From Mobula birostris (Eukaryota): a stretch of DNA of 64,000 bases. Of the stretch, positions 63,009-64,000 are shown piece after piece. A model generated the notes under the pieces. The model had not been told where the DNA came from, made no database searches, and worked only from the letters and a program-made list of their open reading frames with translations. A program made the translations under genes and the position numbers. The stretch spans positions 86,013,921-86,077,920 of the forward strand of contig NC_092383.1 in NCBI RefSeq assembly GCF_030028105.1. The letters are read 5' to 3'. The stretch's first letter is position 1. The number at the start of each line of letters is the position of its first letter.

Positions 63009-63099
63009 CTTAGTTACTCTTGTGAACCACATGACTGAACTGGTGCTGATCATCAGGAGAGCGAAGAGCAGCCAACGGCCCACCTGCCATATCATGAAA
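63009..63099 (-). CDS. Transmembrane exon with an intramembrane Arg (putative activating receptor), 91 nt, phase 2->0
   Basis: tctcttcccctttgctcag|T TTC ATG...ACT AAG|gtaggc; FMIWQVGRWLLFALLMISTSSVMWFTRVTK. Confidence 0.78.
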
Positions 63100-63519
63100 C
63101 TGAGCAAAGGGGAAGAGATATAGAATCAGTACGAGGAAATGGGGCAGCGTTGTGTTTTAATCATTTGCCTCCTGATTCTGCTGTAATCTCAGTGGAGTAG
63201 AGTGAGGTAAAGCAGCTGAGCCGGGGGAGTTCAAACTGGAGACTAAACGTGTGTTCAACTGAGAGAGAGAAAATAACCTCTGATCGTCAGTTGCAGACTG
63301 AATTACTGGGACATGAATGCTGGGAAAATGAGGTCTGTGAATCAGAAATTGCAAAGTAAAAATAAATTTTGTGAAGGAAGAGAAAGAAATGGTGAAGTGC
63401 AGAGGTGCGACGATGATAAAGAAATATAATTGAAGGAAGTGGACACTGCCGTAAGGAAGACAGTGATAGAGTGCACATGGATAGATGTGAAAGATAATAA
63501 ATGACGCGTGACTGATGGT

Positions 63520-64000
63520 GAAAGGGAGAAGGGACGTGAAATAATGCAGACAAATTAGAATGATTAATATGGGGTTGTGGGGTGGAAATACATCTCTACC
63601 AGAGGTGTAAGGCCTGAAGACAAAGGAGCATTCATCTATCGAGTCTGCTCTGCCATTTCATCACGGCTGATCCCGGATTCCACTCAGCTCCATACACCTG
63701 CCTTCTTGCCATATTCTTTGATGTCCTGAGCAATCAGCAAACGATCCACTTCGGCCTTAAATATATACACAGACTTGGCCTTCACCACAATCTGTGGTTC
63801 AGCATTCTACAGATTTACTACTCTCTGGCTAAAAATTTCCTCCTTACCTCCGTTCTAAAGAGTCAGAGCTCAATTTTGAGGCTGTGCCCTCTAGTTCTGA
63901 ATACCCCCACCATAGAAAACAGCCTCTCCACATTACCCCTATCTAGTCCCTTCTGCATCTGGTAGGTTTGATGAAATCCCCACATATTCTTCTGAATTCC
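63520..64000 (-). mobile_element. CR1 3' fragment
   Basis: Reverse complement of ...ggatggagtggcagagcagactcgat...ggcc; same 3'UTR type as 52600-52820. Confidence 0.7.

Noticed and set aside
63157-63300. Ser/Pro-rich frame after a strong acceptor as the stalk exon of the activating gene
   Set aside because: No convincing GT donor before the stop codon.
1-64000. CRISPR arrays, rRNA, tRNA or prokaryotic operons
   Set aside because: None seen; the window is intron- and repeat-rich vertebrate DNA, and SINE heads are too degenerate to call tRNA genes.

Overview
Vertebrate, repeat-rich genomic DNA. The repeat families and receptor type suggest a cartilaginous fish, probably a ray (inference). The host-gene content is a minus-strand cluster of Ig-superfamily immune-type receptors of the CD300/pIgR/TREM (skate MDIR-like) kind. 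I assembled one gene by eye from GT-AG, phase-compatible exons at 41884->18788: leader, V1, C2, V2, a disabled C2, small stalk exons, an uncharged TM and a tail with three ITIM/ITSM-like tyrosines. At the right edge lies the 3' end of a second gene with an Arg-containing TM and a very short tail (63099->62868), so the window looks like an activating/inhibitory paired-receptor locus. An orphan duplicate leader exon sits at 55054->55018. The rest is nested transposable elements: a sushi-like Gypsy LTR element whose pol core is replaced by ~1 kb of host-exon-like sequence, RTE, Rex1, two long CR1s (one full length), three L1s (two with TSDs), Tc1 deletion derivatives, SINEs, and Penelope-derived elements carrying hammerhead-ribozyme motifs, including a TSD-flanked palindromic copy. 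All exon calls are manual predictions without transcript support, and repeat boundaries are approximate unless a TSD is given.
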